From assembly GCA_025354385.1 (NCBI GenBank), contig JANXMZ010000003.1:44659-108658 (forward strand): a DNA stretch of 64,000 nucleotides. The letters run 5' to 3'. The notes under the pieces are model-generated. The model saw only the letters and a program-made list of their open reading frames with translations, was not told where the DNA came from and ran no database searches. The stretch comes from Bacteroidota bacterium. GTDB lineage: Bacteria > Bacteroidota > Bacteroidia > NS11-12g > UBA955. Made by a program: the position numbers and the translations under genes. Shown piece after piece: positions 27,744-37,432 of the stretch (positions are counted from its first letter, which is position 1; each line of letters starts with the position of its first letter).

Positions 27744-29747
27744 TTATTTGTAACTTCTTGCTGCAATTTTGATGTTTTCAAATTTCAAGTCTTCTTTGTG
27801 TAATTTCCATCCATTCTCTTGGTTTTCCCAAGCCGCTACAAACGCAAAATTCACATCGTCTCTTAAGGCCTCTCCTTCTTCCGTTTGATACTCTTCTCTA
27901 AAGTGTCCACCACAGCTTTCGTTTCTTTCCAAAGCATCTTTACACATCAATTCACCTAATTCTATAAAGTCGGCTACACGACCTGCTTTTTCTAACTCTT
28001 GGTTAAACTCATTTGCATCACCTGGCACTCTTACGTTGCTCCAGAATTCTGTTTTTAATTGTTGAATTTCTGCAATAGCAGATTTTAAACCTTCTGCATT
28101 TCTGGCCATACCACATTTATCCCACATAATTGCACCAAGACGTTTGTGGAAATGATCAACAGACTTTATACCTTTTATATTCAACAATTTTTGAATTCTA
28201 TCTTCAACTTCTTTTTCAGTTGCAACGAATGCAGGATGATCGGTTGAAATTGATTTTGTTCTAATTTCTTCCGCTAAATAGTCTCCAATTGTGTATGGAA
28301 TAACAAAATAACCGTCGGCTAAACCTTGCATTAGGGCAGAAGCACCAAGTCTGTTAGCGCCATGATCACTAAAATTAGCCTCACCTAAAGCATATAAACC
28401 AGGCACAGTTGTCATTAAGTTATAATCTACCCAAAGACCTCCCATTGTATAATGCACTGCAGGATAAATTTGCATGGGCTCTTCATAAGGATCGACACCA
28501 GTAATCTGCTTATACATATCGAACAAGTTACCATATTTCTCTTTAATTACCCCTGCACCAAACTCTTTTAATTGAGCTGCCGATGGATTTTCGATCCCCT
28601 TTTTAGTGGCCTCTGTCCTACCGTATTTTTCGGTCATGTTATAGAAAAAATCCAGATACACAGCCTCACCAGTTGCATTCACTCCAAAGCCAGCATCGCA
28701 TCTTTCTTTAGCAGCACGACTCGCTACGTCTCTTGGCACTAAGTTACCAAAAGCTGGATACCTTCTTTCTAAATAATAATCTCTATCTTCTTCTTTAATT
28801 TGAGTTGGTCTTAAAGTACCTTTTCTCAAAGCTTCTGCATCCTCTTTTTTGGCAGGAACCCAAATTCTACCATCATTTCTCAATGATTCTGACATCAACG
28901 TTAATTTTGATTGATGATCGCCAGAACGAGGGATACACGTTGGATGGATTTGAGTATAGCAAGGATTGGCCATGTAAGCTCCTCGCTTATGTGCTTTCCA
29001 TGCTGCAGTTACATTGCTCCCCATTGCATTGGTAGATAAGTAAAACACATTGCCATAACCACCACTGCAAAGCAATACGGCATGACCAAAATGTCTTTCT
29101 AATTTACCCGTCACTAAGTCTCTTGCAATAATACCTCTTGCTTTGCCATCGATGGTAACTACATCTAACATTTCATGGCGAGAATACATTTTCACTTGCC
29201 CCATACCTACTTGTCTTTCTAAAGCACTGTATGCACCTAATAACAACTGTTGTCCTGTTTGACCAGCTGCGTAGAAAGTTCTTTGTACTTGGGTTCCACC
29301 AAATGAACGGTTACTTAATAATCCACCATATTCTCTTGCAAATGGCACACCTTGCGCCACACATTGATCGATAATGCTAGAACTAACTTCGGCCAATCTA
29401 TGAACGTTACCTTCTCTAGCTCTGTAATCCCCACCTTTTATAGTATCGTAGAATAAGCGGTAAGTGCTATCACCATCGTTTTGGTAATTCTTAGCTGCAT
29501 TGATACCACCTTGAGCCGCAATACTATGCGCTCTTCTTGGTGAATCTTGAAAACAGAAACATTTTACCTTATAACCCATTTCGGCTAAAGAGGCCGCTGC
29601 TGCTGAACCTGCAAGACCAGAACCTACTACAATAATTTCAAGACTTCTTTTATTCGCTGGATTTACCAAATGAACAGAAGATTTATATTTGGTCCATTTT
29701 TCGTTTAAATTTCCTTCTGGAATTTTAGAATCTAGGATATTTGACAT
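27744..29747 (-). CDS. sdhA: Succinate dehydrogenase/fumarate reductase flavoprotein subunit
   Basis: FAD motif [12 protein letters not shown], covalent-FAD His region [19 protein letters not shown]; 667 aa. Confidence 0.95.
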   Translation of the reverse strand: MSNILDSKIPEGNLNEKWTKYKSSVHLVNPANKRSLEIIVVGSGLAGSAAAASLAEMGYKVKCFCFQDSPRRAHSIAAQGGINAAKNYQNDGDSTYRLFYDTIKGGDYRAREGNVHRLAEVSSSIIDQCVAQGVPFAREYGGLLSNRSFGGTQVQRTFYAAGQTGQQLLLGAYSALERQVGMGQVKMYSRHEMLDVVTIDGKARGIIARDLVTGKLERHFGHAVLLCSGGYGNVFYLSTNAMGSNVTAAWKAHKRGAYMANPCYTQIHPTCIPRSGDHQSKLTLMSESLRNDGRIWVPAKKEDAEALRKGTLRPTQIKEEDRDYYLERRYPAFGNLVPRDVASRAAKERCDAGFGVNATGEAVYLDFFYNMTEKYGRTEATKKGIENPSAAQLKEFGAGVIKEKYGNLFDMYKQITGVDPYEEPMQIYPAVHYTMGGLWVDYNLMTTVPGLYALGEANFSDHGANRLGASALMQGLADGYFVIPYTIGDYLAEEIRTKSISTDHPAFVATEKEVEDRIQKLLNIKGIKSVDHFHKRLGAIMWDKCGMARNAEGLKSAIAEIQQLKTEFWSNVRVPGDANEFNQELEKAGRVADFIELGELMCKDALERNESCGGHFREEYQTEEGEALRDDVNFAFVAAWENQENGWKLHKEDLKFENIKIAARSYK

Positions 29748-29768
29748 GTTAAAAGTTGTTTTAATTAA

Positions 29769-30542
29769 TTAAATAAAGAATTTGAAATAAATTGGCATAA
29801 TGGCAAAAAGGATTGGAATAATAACTCCAAATACCCAAACACCTATGCCTTTGATTAAAGCATTGTACTTTTTGTGATGAACACCAAGTGTTTGAAATGA
29901 ACTACTAAAACCATGCACCAAATGGAAAGCTAACGCTCCCATTGACAATACATATAGAATTACAATCCACAATTCTTGAAATGCATCTGCCACAACTACA
30001 TACAAATCTTTAACTATTGTAAACTCAGTATCATTAGAAATATACCGTTCCATTTTACCAGCTATTTCACCTTCAAAATTTGCGAACGTAATTTCACCTG
30101 TTGCTAAATTTCTTTCGTAAATGGTATATGGTACTTCGCCAAATTTATACTGTGCCCAAAAGCCCCACATATGAAAAACAAGAAATGCTAAAATCATAGT
30201 TCCCAAAACACCCATCCATCTGCTAGTCCAATGGCTATTAGCCTTGCCATTATAAGCCGCATACTGAACAGGGCGTGCCTTTTTATTTTGAGAAACAAGA
30301 TACAATCCCCAAAATGCATGAAACAATATGATGGCATATAATCCATAGGAAACAAATTTAATCAAAGGATTACTGGTCATAAAAACTGCGTAGGTATTGA
30401 AAGCCATTCCCCCATCGTGCTTCAACAATTGCAAATTACCAATTAAATGCACAATAAGAAAGGTGCATAGAAAAAGTCCTGTAAGACCCATCAGTAATTT
30501 TTTACCGATACTTGATTTTAAAAAAGTGATTATCCAATTCAT
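29769..30542 (-). CDS. sdhC: Succinate dehydrogenase cytochrome b subunit (b558 family)
   Basis: 257-aa, ~5-TM protein with conserved His residues, immediately upstream of sdhA/sdhB. This is the typical Bacteroidetes three-gene arrangement. Confidence 0.8.
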   Translation of the reverse strand: MNWIITFLKSSIGKKLLMGLTGLFLCTFLIVHLIGNLQLLKHDGGMAFNTYAVFMTSNPLIKFVSYGLYAIILFHAFWGLYLVSQNKKARPVQYAAYNGKANSHWTSRWMGVLGTMILAFLVFHMWGFWAQYKFGEVPYTIYERNLATGEITFANFEGEIAGKMERYISNDTEFTIVKDLYVVVADAFQELWIVILYVLSMGALAFHLVHGFSSSFQTLGVHHKKYNALIKGIGVWVFGVIIPILFAIMPIYFKFFI

Positions 30543-30655
30543 GTAATGATGATTTATTTTTTGTTGTTTTTTTTAGAAGTTAATTAATGTTCTCGAGCTT
30601 ATTAATGTATGTTCTTTATTATTAAAAAGCGCCTAAAGCGTTTTAAATTTTTGTG

Positions 30656-30663
30656 CAAATTTA
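30656..30663 (-). promoter_or_regulatory. -7 box TAAATTTG(CA) for sdhCAB
   Basis: Exact match, 113 nt from the sdhC ATG at 30542, which implies a ~105-nt leader. Confidence 0.4.
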
Positions 30664-30679
30664 TTCTTATTTCACCAAA

Positions 30680-30736
30680 AACAATCTGCAAGTGCCAATT
30701 TAAATTTATTTTAAATAACATTCAAATAACAATCTG
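30680..30736. promoter_or_regulatory. Pair of 9-bp direct repeats AACAATCTG (30680-30688 and 30728-30736) in the sdhC/pyrD divergent region
   Basis: Exact 9-mer occurs twice, 48 bp apart. Extended similarity: CAAAAACAATCTGCAAG vs CAAATAACAATCTGAATG. Confidence 0.3.
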
Positions 30737-30799
30737 AATGCTTGTTTTGCTTCTTTTGTTTGCAGTTATTTGCACAACTCATTCATTCTTATATTTAAA

Positions 30800-31819
30800 A
30801 TGTTTAAACTGGTTCGCTCTTTTTTATTTTTAATGTCGGCAGAAAAGGCCCATTACTTTACCCTTACTGCGCTTCAGCTCATTATTTACATACCGGGTGC
30901 AAAGTGGCTAATCACAAAACTATTCGCCAATAAAAATCAACAAGGTTTAAAAATTATGGGAATTGAATTTCCTAATAGGGCAGGTTTAGCAGCTGGATTT
31001 GACAAAAACGCAAAATACCTTGAAGTGATGAAGATGCTAGGATTTGGCCATGTAGAAATAGGCACTGTAACTCCGTTGCCTCAGGCAGGCAATGACAAAC
31101 CCCGCTTATTTCGTTTGGTGAAAGACAAAGCTATTATTAACCGGATGGGATTTAATAACGATGGGGTTGATATCATTGCCGAACGATTAAAAACCCGACC
31201 TAAAGGTTTGGTAGTTGGCGGCAACATTGGCAAAAACAAAATAACACCTAATGAAGGTGCCATCAAAGATTATCAAATTTGTTTTGAAAAATTATACGCA
31301 TATGTCGATTACTTTACTGTAAATGTAAGCAGTCCGAACACACCTGGCTTAAGAGAATTACAAGACAAAAAACCATTGATGGCCATTTTGAATGCGTTGC
31401 TTGATATAAGAAAACAAAAAATTGAACAAGGGTTACCGAGTCTTCCTATATTGTTAAAAATTGCTCCCGACTTGAATGAAGATCAGTTAAATGATATTGT
31501 TAGCTTAACCTTAGAAACTGGCATAGATGGTATTGTTGCAACCAATACCACCATTAGTCGTGAAGGCTTAAGTACCAGCCCTGCTTTAGTTGAAACCATT
31601 GGCATGGGTGGCTTAAGCGGAGAACCAGTCATGAAAAAATCTACCGAAGTACTCGCTTACTTGAACCAACATTTAAATGGCAAAGTGGTATTAATAGGTG
31701 TAGGAGGAATTTTGAGCAAATCAGATGCTGAAGAAAAATATAAAAACGGTGCTAGCCTGGTTCAGATATACTCTGGCTTTATATATGAAGGACCTGCCTT
31801 GGTGAGCCAAATTGGCTAG
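30800..31819 (+). CDS. pyrD: Dihydroorotate dehydrogenase (quinone), class 2
   Basis: Start set to the internal ATG (MFKLVRSFLFLMSAEKAHYFTL, typical class-2 N-terminus). Motifs GFDKNA, NVSSPNTPGLR, GGLSG. Confidence 0.9.
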   Translation: MFKLVRSFLFLMSAEKAHYFTLTALQLIIYIPGAKWLITKLFANKNQQGLKIMGIEFPNRAGLAAGFDKNAKYLEVMKMLGFGHVEIGTVTPLPQAGNDKPRLFRLVKDKAIINRMGFNNDGVDIIAERLKTRPKGLVVGGNIGKNKITPNEGAIKDYQICFEKLYAYVDYFTVNVSSPNTPGLRELQDKKPLMAILNALLDIRKQKIEQGLPSLPILLKIAPDLNEDQLNDIVSLTLETGIDGIVATNTTISREGLSTSPALVETIGMGGLSGEPVMKKSTEVLAYLNQHLNGKVVLIGVGGILSKSDAEEKYKNGASLVQIYSGFIYEGPALVSQIG

Positions 31820-31908
31820 CGCTATGCAGCTTTCAATAAATATTTTACACGCTGTTTAAACCATTTCAAATTTGAACAGTCCTATTATAGAATCCTAAAT
31901 ATCCATTT

Positions 31909-32304
31909 ATGAAAAAAGTAATTTTAAGTATTGTAGCTGCAGTGTTTGCAGTAAGCTCTTTTGCCCAAGATGGCGCGAAAGAAAAAAAAACACCTGAACA
32001 GATTGCCACTAAAAAAGCCGACAAACTAAAAACTGAATTGGCTTTGAGCGATGACCAACGCACCAAGGTGTATGCTATTTTATTAGAGAGTACAACAAAA
32101 ATCCAAGCAATTAAAGCAAAGTACCCCAATGATAAAAAGGCTGCGCATGCTGAAATTAAACCAATTAGAGAAGCCAGCGATGCTTCTATCAAAGCGATTT
32201 TAACCCCTGAACAGGTCACTAAATGGGAGGCTTTAAAAAAGGAGAAAAAGGAGAAAATGAAAGCTAAGAAAGCTAAAAAAGATGTTGATGATGACAATGA
32301 TTAA
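31909..32304 (+). CDS. Periplasmic Spy/CpxP-like (LTxxQ-motif) protein with Lys-rich tail
   Basis: Signal peptide MKKVILSIVAAVFAVSSFAQ. Two LTxxQ-like motifs (LSDDQRTKV, LTPEQVTKW). Strong terminator at 32329-32366. Confidence 0.5.
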   Translation: MKKVILSIVAAVFAVSSFAQDGAKEKKTPEQIATKKADKLKTELALSDDQRTKVYAILLESTTKIQAIKAKYPNDKKAAHAEIKPIREASDASIKAILTPEQVTKWEALKKEKKEKMKAKKAKKDVDDDND

Positions 32305-32328
32305 TTCATAACTCTTAAATTTAACAAG

Positions 32329-32366
32329 CCCCCTTTCAATTAATTTGTAAAGGGGGTTTATTTTTT
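32329..32366 (+). terminator. Intrinsic terminator after the LTxxQ protein gene
   Basis: CCCCCTTT-(12-nt loop)-AAAGGGGG, followed by TTTATTTTTT. Confidence 0.75.
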
Positions 32367-32376
32367 CTTCATAATT

Positions 32377-32856
32377 ATGCCTAAACTTGCAAGGGCCATG
32401 AATTCTATACCTTATAAAAACCAGATTCAATTTCTAATATATTTTAGTTTATCAACTTTGTTTACATGGTGGTTTGTATCATTATCTCCCATGTATATTA
32501 GCATAGGTCAGGAAATTCTCTCTACCTTCATTGCAGGCGGCAAGTGGGGCTTGCAAATAATACTCGCCTTTGTATTTTTAAGAAACCAAAGGTGGTATTT
32601 TGTTAAAAATATTGGATTTGTTTGTTTTCTTGGTTCATGTATATTAATGCCATACGTGGTTTTAAGTTATTTTGGTGTTGTTAATGATTCCTTATTTTTC
32701 ATTGGATCCTTGGTGGCATCTGTGGTTGCAATGATTTATTATTACTACAAAGCAGTAAAGTTAAGTCAAGTTAATATTAAGTGGTGGATATTTTGGCTAT
32801 TTTGCCTTGGCATTGCTATCACGCTTCAGTTAACCATTGTTTTTCATGTCATTTAA
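32377..32856 (+). CDS. Hypothetical polytopic membrane protein
   Basis: 159 aa with ~5 hydrophobic segments; no recognisable motif. Confidence 0.4.
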   Translation: MPKLARAMNSIPYKNQIQFLIYFSLSTLFTWWFVSLSPMYISIGQEILSTFIAGGKWGLQIILAFVFLRNQRWYFVKNIGFVCFLGSCILMPYVVLSYFGVVNDSLFFIGSLVASVVAMIYYYYKAVKLSQVNIKWWIFWLFCLGIAITLQLTIVFHVI

Positions 32857-32929
32857 CTTTTTTTAGTCGTTTAAACACAGGTTAAAGCGAATCTTTGAAA
32901 TTCAATTTTTACAATGCAAGGTAAAAGAA

Positions 32930-32937
32930 TACCTTTG
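32930..32937 (+). promoter_or_regulatory. -7 box TACCTTTG(CA) for yidC
   Basis: Exact match, 26 nt from the ATG at 32964. Confidence 0.5.
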
Positions 32938-32963
32938 CAGCCTTAAAAAAAGGTTTAAATAAA

Positions 32964-34808
32964 ATGGATCGCAATTCTATCATTGGTCTCTCGTTAATTT
33001 TTCTACTACTTATTGGCTACTGGTTTATCAATAAACCCAGCGAAGCAGATATGGCCAGACAACAAAAATTCTCCGACTCCATGGCCATGGTTGAGAAAAA
33101 GAAATTGACTGAAATGGCGCAATTATCTGTTTCTCAGCAAAAAACACAAGACAGTATTGCCAATGCCTTCTTAAACGACTCCAATGCATTAAGTCAGAAA
33201 TTTGGTGGTTTTTCGCAACATGTTAAAGGCAACGAACAATTAATTGTTCTGGAAAACCCTGAATTAAAAGTAACCTTTAGCAATAAAGGAGGCTCTGTTA
33301 AACAGGTTCAACTCAAAAAATACAAACGTGCAGATTCTTCCGAACTACTATTGTTTAGCAAAGAAAGCGTGCATCAATTAGAATTTCAAACCAGAGAAAA
33401 CACCATTAAAACCGGTGAATTTTATTGGCAAATAATTAGTAATGATGCGCAAAATGTAGTTTTTCGCCTTTCCTATTCTCCAACTCAATTCATTGAACAT
33501 AGTTACCACATCAACCAAGATGGATTTAATGTAGACCATAAAATTAGAACAGTGGGCTTAAATACCTTAATGACGCCTAATTCTCACCTAATACTTCAAT
33601 GGAACAACGATGTGCCATTACAGGAGTATGAAAAAGAGAAGGAACGCATATTAACCGCTGTTTACTATAAATACCCTGAAGAAAAAGCGGATTATTTAGG
33701 AGAAACAAAATTGGTTGATGAATTAAAAACCACCAATAATATTGAGTGGATTAGTTTTAAACAACAATTTTTCAATACCGCCATTATCGCAAAAGAACCT
33801 TTTTTAAAAGAGAGTCTTTTAAAGTCAGACCCTCCCCAGAATTCAAAAAATGTAGAGCATTTATCTGCATCATTAGAACTTCCTTACAAACAAGAAGCAG
33901 ATAAAACATTTGACCTGAAATTTTATTTCGGTCCAAATAAGTTCCAACTTTTGAAAGACCAAAACGTAGGGCTAGAAAAAATCATTCCTTTGGGTTGGGG
34001 TATTTTTGGGTGGATTAACCGATTCATGATTATTCCAATTTTCAATTTCTTGAGCGGTTTCCTTAGCAATTTTGGAGTTATCATATTATTACTCACTTTG
34101 ATTGTGAAAACCATTCTGCTTCCTTTGGTATACCGCTCCTATAAGAGTACTGCTAAAATGAAATTGTTGAAGCCAGAAATGGATGCCATCAAAGAAAAAA
34201 ACAAAGACAATTTACAAGCTGCCCAAATGGAGAACTTGGCTTTGTACAAAAAAGTAGGTGTAAATCCTTTAGGAGGTTGCTTACCGCTATTATTACAAAT
34301 GCCAATATTAGTGGCTGTTTTCCAGTTCGTACCTTCTGCATTTGAATTCAGACAACAATCGTTTTTATGGGCGACGGATTTATCGCATTACGATTCTATT
34401 TTCAATTTTCCTGATTATCCTTTTTTGATGAAAATATATGGTAACCATGTGAGTTTATTTACCTTATTAATGACTATTTCTACTTTGATTTACACCCGTA
34501 TGAACAATCAAATGACTGGTGTGAACGAGCAAATGAAATGGATAGGCTACCTAATGCCAATAATGTTCTTAGGTTTCTTTAACTCGTATGCTGCGGCATT
34601 ATCATATTATTATTTCTTAAGTAACTGTGTAACTTTCACTCAACAATGGGCTATCAAAAAGTTTGTTGACGAGGACAAACTGCACGCTCAGTTGAATGAG
34701 GCAAGAAGCAAAAGTGGCACCACTAAAAAATCTGCTTTTCAAACCCGTTTGGAAGAGATGGCCAAACAACGAGGAGTAGATCCTAACAGTTTGAAAAAGA
34801 AAAAGTAA
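32964..34808 (+). CDS. yidC: Membrane protein insertase YidC
   Basis: N-terminal TM, large periplasmic domain, and the conserved core GWGIFGWINRF..., KMKLLKPEMDAIKEK, NPLGGCLPLLLQMPILVAVF; 614 aa. Confidence 0.9.
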   Translation: MDRNSIIGLSLIFLLLIGYWFINKPSEADMARQQKFSDSMAMVEKKKLTEMAQLSVSQQKTQDSIANAFLNDSNALSQKFGGFSQHVKGNEQLIVLENPELKVTFSNKGGSVKQVQLKKYKRADSSELLLFSKESVHQLEFQTRENTIKTGEFYWQIISNDAQNVVFRLSYSPTQFIEHSYHINQDGFNVDHKIRTVGLNTLMTPNSHLILQWNNDVPLQEYEKEKERILTAVYYKYPEEKADYLGETKLVDELKTTNNIEWISFKQQFFNTAIIAKEPFLKESLLKSDPPQNSKNVEHLSASLELPYKQEADKTFDLKFYFGPNKFQLLKDQNVGLEKIIPLGWGIFGWINRFMIIPIFNFLSGFLSNFGVIILLLTLIVKTILLPLVYRSYKSTAKMKLLKPEMDAIKEKNKDNLQAAQMENLALYKKVGVNPLGGCLPLLLQMPILVAVFQFVPSAFEFRQQSFLWATDLSHYDSIFNFPDYPFLMKIYGNHVSLFTLLMTISTLIYTRMNNQMTGVNEQMKWIGYLMPIMFLGFFNSYAAALSYYYFLSNCVTFTQQWAIKKFVDEDKLHAQLNEARSKSGTTKKSAFQTRLEEMAKQRGVDPNSLKKKK

Positions 34809-34819
34809 ACCCAATTGCT

Positions 34820-35542
34820 TTGCAATTATTTTACACCCAATATATTCAAAATGACAAGGCCCTGCTTGCAGAAGATGATGCAAGGCATGTAAAAGTATTG
34901 CGAAAAAATATTGGTGATATCATACAATTAATTGACGGAACAGGGTACTTATATCAGGCACAAATAATATCCTTTGCAGATTCAAAAAAGTCCAACGAAA
35001 TTCAACTTCAAATTCTATCCAAAGAATTACAAGTTAAAAACAGGACCTATTCATTGCACTTATACATAGCACCTACCAAACAAAACGAGCGCATGGAATG
35101 GATGCTCGAAAAGGCGATAGAAGTTGGACTAGACCGTATAACATTTATTCAAACGGAACATTCCGAAAAAAGTAAGATTAACTTAAATCGTTTGGAAAAA
35201 ATAAGCATCTCGGCCATGAAACAAAGTGGTGAATTTTATAAACCTGTTATTCATGATGTAACATCATTTGCGAATGTAATTGATGTTGAAAAAAGTGAAC
35301 ACCGTTTAATAGCACATTGCAATAATCAATATGAAAAACGGAGTTTAGCAAATATTTTTAAAATATCCCTTACACAAGGAAACATTACTATTTTAATAGG
35401 ACCTGAGGGTGATTTCTCTCAAAAAGAAATCGAGGCTTCCTATCAAAATGGTTTTAAAGGATTGAGCCTAGGCTCCACACGTTTAAGGACAGAGACAGCA
35501 GGATTATACGCTTGCATGGCAATAAGCGCACTTGGCAATTGA
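34820..35542 (+). CDS. rsmE: 16S rRNA (uracil1498-N3)-methyltransferase
   Basis: TTG start giving MQLFYTQ...; HVKVLR, ILIGPEGDFSQKEI, LGSTRLRTETA motifs. Confidence 0.8.
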   Translation: MQLFYTQYIQNDKALLAEDDARHVKVLRKNIGDIIQLIDGTGYLYQAQIISFADSKKSNEIQLQILSKELQVKNRTYSLHLYIAPTKQNERMEWMLEKAIEVGLDRITFIQTEHSEKSKINLNRLEKISISAMKQSGEFYKPVIHDVTSFANVIDVEKSEHRLIAHCNNQYEKRSLANIFKISLTQGNITILIGPEGDFSQKEIEASYQNGFKGLSLGSTRLRTETAGLYACMAISALGN

Positions 35543-35549
35543 GGGAAAT

Positions 35550-35915
35550 CTAGTCAGGGATAATCGTAATTTCTGCATCGCCCCACAATTCTTCAATGCC
35601 GTAAAATTCGCGTTTTTCTTCCTTGAAAACATGTACTACCACATCAAAATAATCTAACAATATCCATTCTGATTGTTCTGAACCTTCGACATGCCATGGC
35701 TTTTCACCAGTTTGCTTTCTTACAATTTCTTCCACGCTATCGGCAATGGCGTTCACTTGTTTATCGCTGTTAGCATGACATATAACAAAATAATCTGCCA
35801 TGGCAGATTTTAATTTTCTTAAATCAAGTATGGTGATTTTATGTCCTTTTTTCTCCTGCATGCCATTCACGATGGCATCTTTCAAATCAATTTTGGCAAT
35901 CTTCTTTTTTGGCAT
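35550..35915 (-). CDS. rsfS: Ribosome silencing factor RsfS
   Basis: Start trimmed to the ATG (MPKKKIAKIDL..., complement of 35913-35915). ILDLRKL, ADYFVICHANSDKQVNAIAD, WILLDYFDVVVHVF, REFYGIEELW. Confidence 0.8.
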   Translation of the reverse strand: MPKKKIAKIDLKDAIVNGMQEKKGHKITILDLRKLKSAMADYFVICHANSDKQVNAIADSVEEIVRKQTGEKPWHVEGSEQSEWILLDYFDVVVHVFKEEKREFYGIEELWGDAEITIIPD

Positions 35916-35951
35916 TAACCTTGTAACTTTAGAATTATTATTTTTCAAACT

Positions 35952-36725
35952 TTGACTGCAAAAATAAAACCAAATACCCAAATAATAGGACAAAACCTTC
36001 TTTATTTTGAAAGATTGGACTCCAGCAACAGTCTTGCGATGGAAATGTACAAAAACAATTTGGTTCAAAACGGTACGGTTGTGTATACAGATGATCAAAG
36101 TGCTGGTAGAGGACAAATGCAAAAGCACTGGGTAAGCAAGGCCTATGAGAATCTATTATTTTCTATAGTACTTAAACCTGTAACTAATTACATCAGCAAT
36201 CCGTTTATTTTAAACAAGTGCATTACTTTGGCTGTTTATAATTTTATACAAGAACAATTCCCCGAAACATCAGTCGCTATAAAATGGCCGAATGATATAT
36301 TGGTAAATAAAAAAAAAATAGCTGGTATTTTAGTAGAAAATTCTTTTATGGGTCAGCTGCTCACGGTTACTATAGCAGGTATAGGCATCAATATCAATCA
36401 ATCTTTCGAGGATCAACCGCAACTTCAAGCCACATCATTTCTAGATTTAAAAGAGGAAGTCTCTGAAAGGGAGGTTTTGTTTGAAAAGGTTCTTGAAACC
36501 ATAGATGCACAGTATCTCCAATTGGTAAAGGGAACAACCAATCAAGCTGAAAATGATTTTGATTTAAATCTTTTAGGATTTGGAATGGAATGCACATTCA
36601 GTAAGAATGATACCATTTTTACTGCTCAACTATTAGGTTGCGACAGCGATGGTCGATTATTGCTAAAGGAATTGGGTAAAGTAAAAAAATATATGCATGG
36701 TGAAATCAAACAAATAATTTATTGA
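35952..36725 (+). CDS. birA: Biotin-[acetyl-CoA-carboxylase] ligase (no HTH domain)
   Basis: TTG start; LDSSNS, SAGRGQMQKHWVS (GRGRxGRxW-type motif), KWPNDIL, KIAGILVE. Confidence 0.8.
   Translation: MTAKIKPNTQIIGQNLLYFERLDSSNSLAMEMYKNNLVQNGTVVYTDDQSAGRGQMQKHWVSKAYENLLFSIVLKPVTNYISNPFILNKCITLAVYNFIQEQFPETSVAIKWPNDILVNKKKIAGILVENSFMGQLLTVTIAGIGININQSFEDQPQLQATSFLDLKEEVSEREVLFEKVLETIDAQYLQLVKGTTNQAENDFDLNLLGFGMECTFSKNDTIFTAQLLGCDSDGRLLLKELGKVKKYMHGEIKQIIY
35959..35966 (-). promoter_or_regulatory. -7 box TATTTTTG(CA) for rsfS
   Basis: Exact match, 43 nt from the ATG at 35915. It lies inside the 5' end of the divergent birA ORF. Confidence 0.35.
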
Positions 36726-37432
36726 TGAAAAAAGGAGCAATAGACATAGGAAATACCCGTCATAAGGCTGCTTATTTTGACAATATGGGCACCATTATTC
36801 AACTTGAATATTTCGACCATTTATTTACAGCCCTGCAATGGCTTAAATCTGAAGGCGTAGGCAAGGTTATGGTAGCGAATGTAAAAGGATCAGAAATCAC
36901 AACCATTGAAGGTTTGGAAATTATTTATCTTTCTCATACCACAAAACTACCTTTTAAAAACTCATACAAGAGCCCTGAAACACTTGGCGCAGATAGACTA
37001 GCAGCAATGGCTGCTGTTGCTTCTATATATAAAGGAGATGCAAATTTGGTGTTTGACATTGGCACTTGCATGACCATAGATTTTTTAAACCCTCAAAGGG
37101 AATACTTTGGTGGCAACATTTCCCCCGGTTTGCAAATGCGCTTAAAAGCCATGCATACTTTTACCAATAAACTTCCTTTGTCGAATATGGAACACTTACA
37201 CTTACCTGCGGGCAATGACACACTTTCGGCTCTGGCAAATGGTGCATTTATTGGTTTAAAAAACGAAATCGAAACTTATATTTCCGATACTTTAGAAAGC
37301 TATCCCAATGCCAATATTATTCTTTGTGGTGGCGATGCACATTATTTTGAGAAACAGTTTAAATATAAGATATTTGCAAACCATAACTTGGTATTGCTTG
37401 GATTATACCATTTGTTAGTATTCAATGATTAA
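36722..37432 (+). CDS. coaX: Type III pantothenate kinase
   Basis: IDIGNTRHK, LGADRLAA, FDIGTCMTIDF; 4-nt overlap with birA. Confidence 0.85.
   Translation: MMKKGAIDIGNTRHKAAYFDNMGTIIQLEYFDHLFTALQWLKSEGVGKVMVANVKGSEITTIEGLEIIYLSHTTKLPFKNSYKSPETLGADRLAAMAAVASIYKGDANLVFDIGTCMTIDFLNPQREYFGGNISPGLQMRLKAMHTFTNKLPLSNMEHLHLPAGNDTLSALANGAFIGLKNEIETYISDTLESYPNANIILCGGDAHYFEKQFKYKIFANHNLVLLGLYHLLVFND

Noticed and set aside
31866-32297. 143-aa minus-strand ORF fully overlapping the LTxxQ protein gene
   Set aside because: It is a hydrophobic mirror-image ORF, typical of the antisense strand of a Lys/Glu-rich gene. The plus-strand gene has a signal peptide, recognisable motifs and a proper terminator.
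35916-36128. 71-codon N-terminal extension of the rsfS ORF
   Set aside because: The extension overlaps the birA 5' region and is not RsfS-like. The internal ATG gives the normal ~120-aa RsfS.
36309-36318. A10 homopolymer inside birA (also A9 at 31982-31990 and A/T9 runs at 9649-9657 and 53212-53220) as phase-variation switches
   Set aside because: Lys-codon A-runs are expected in an AT-rich genome, and birA is essential housekeeping. Nothing else suggests contingency loci. The runs are worth remembering only as possible sequencing-error hot spots.
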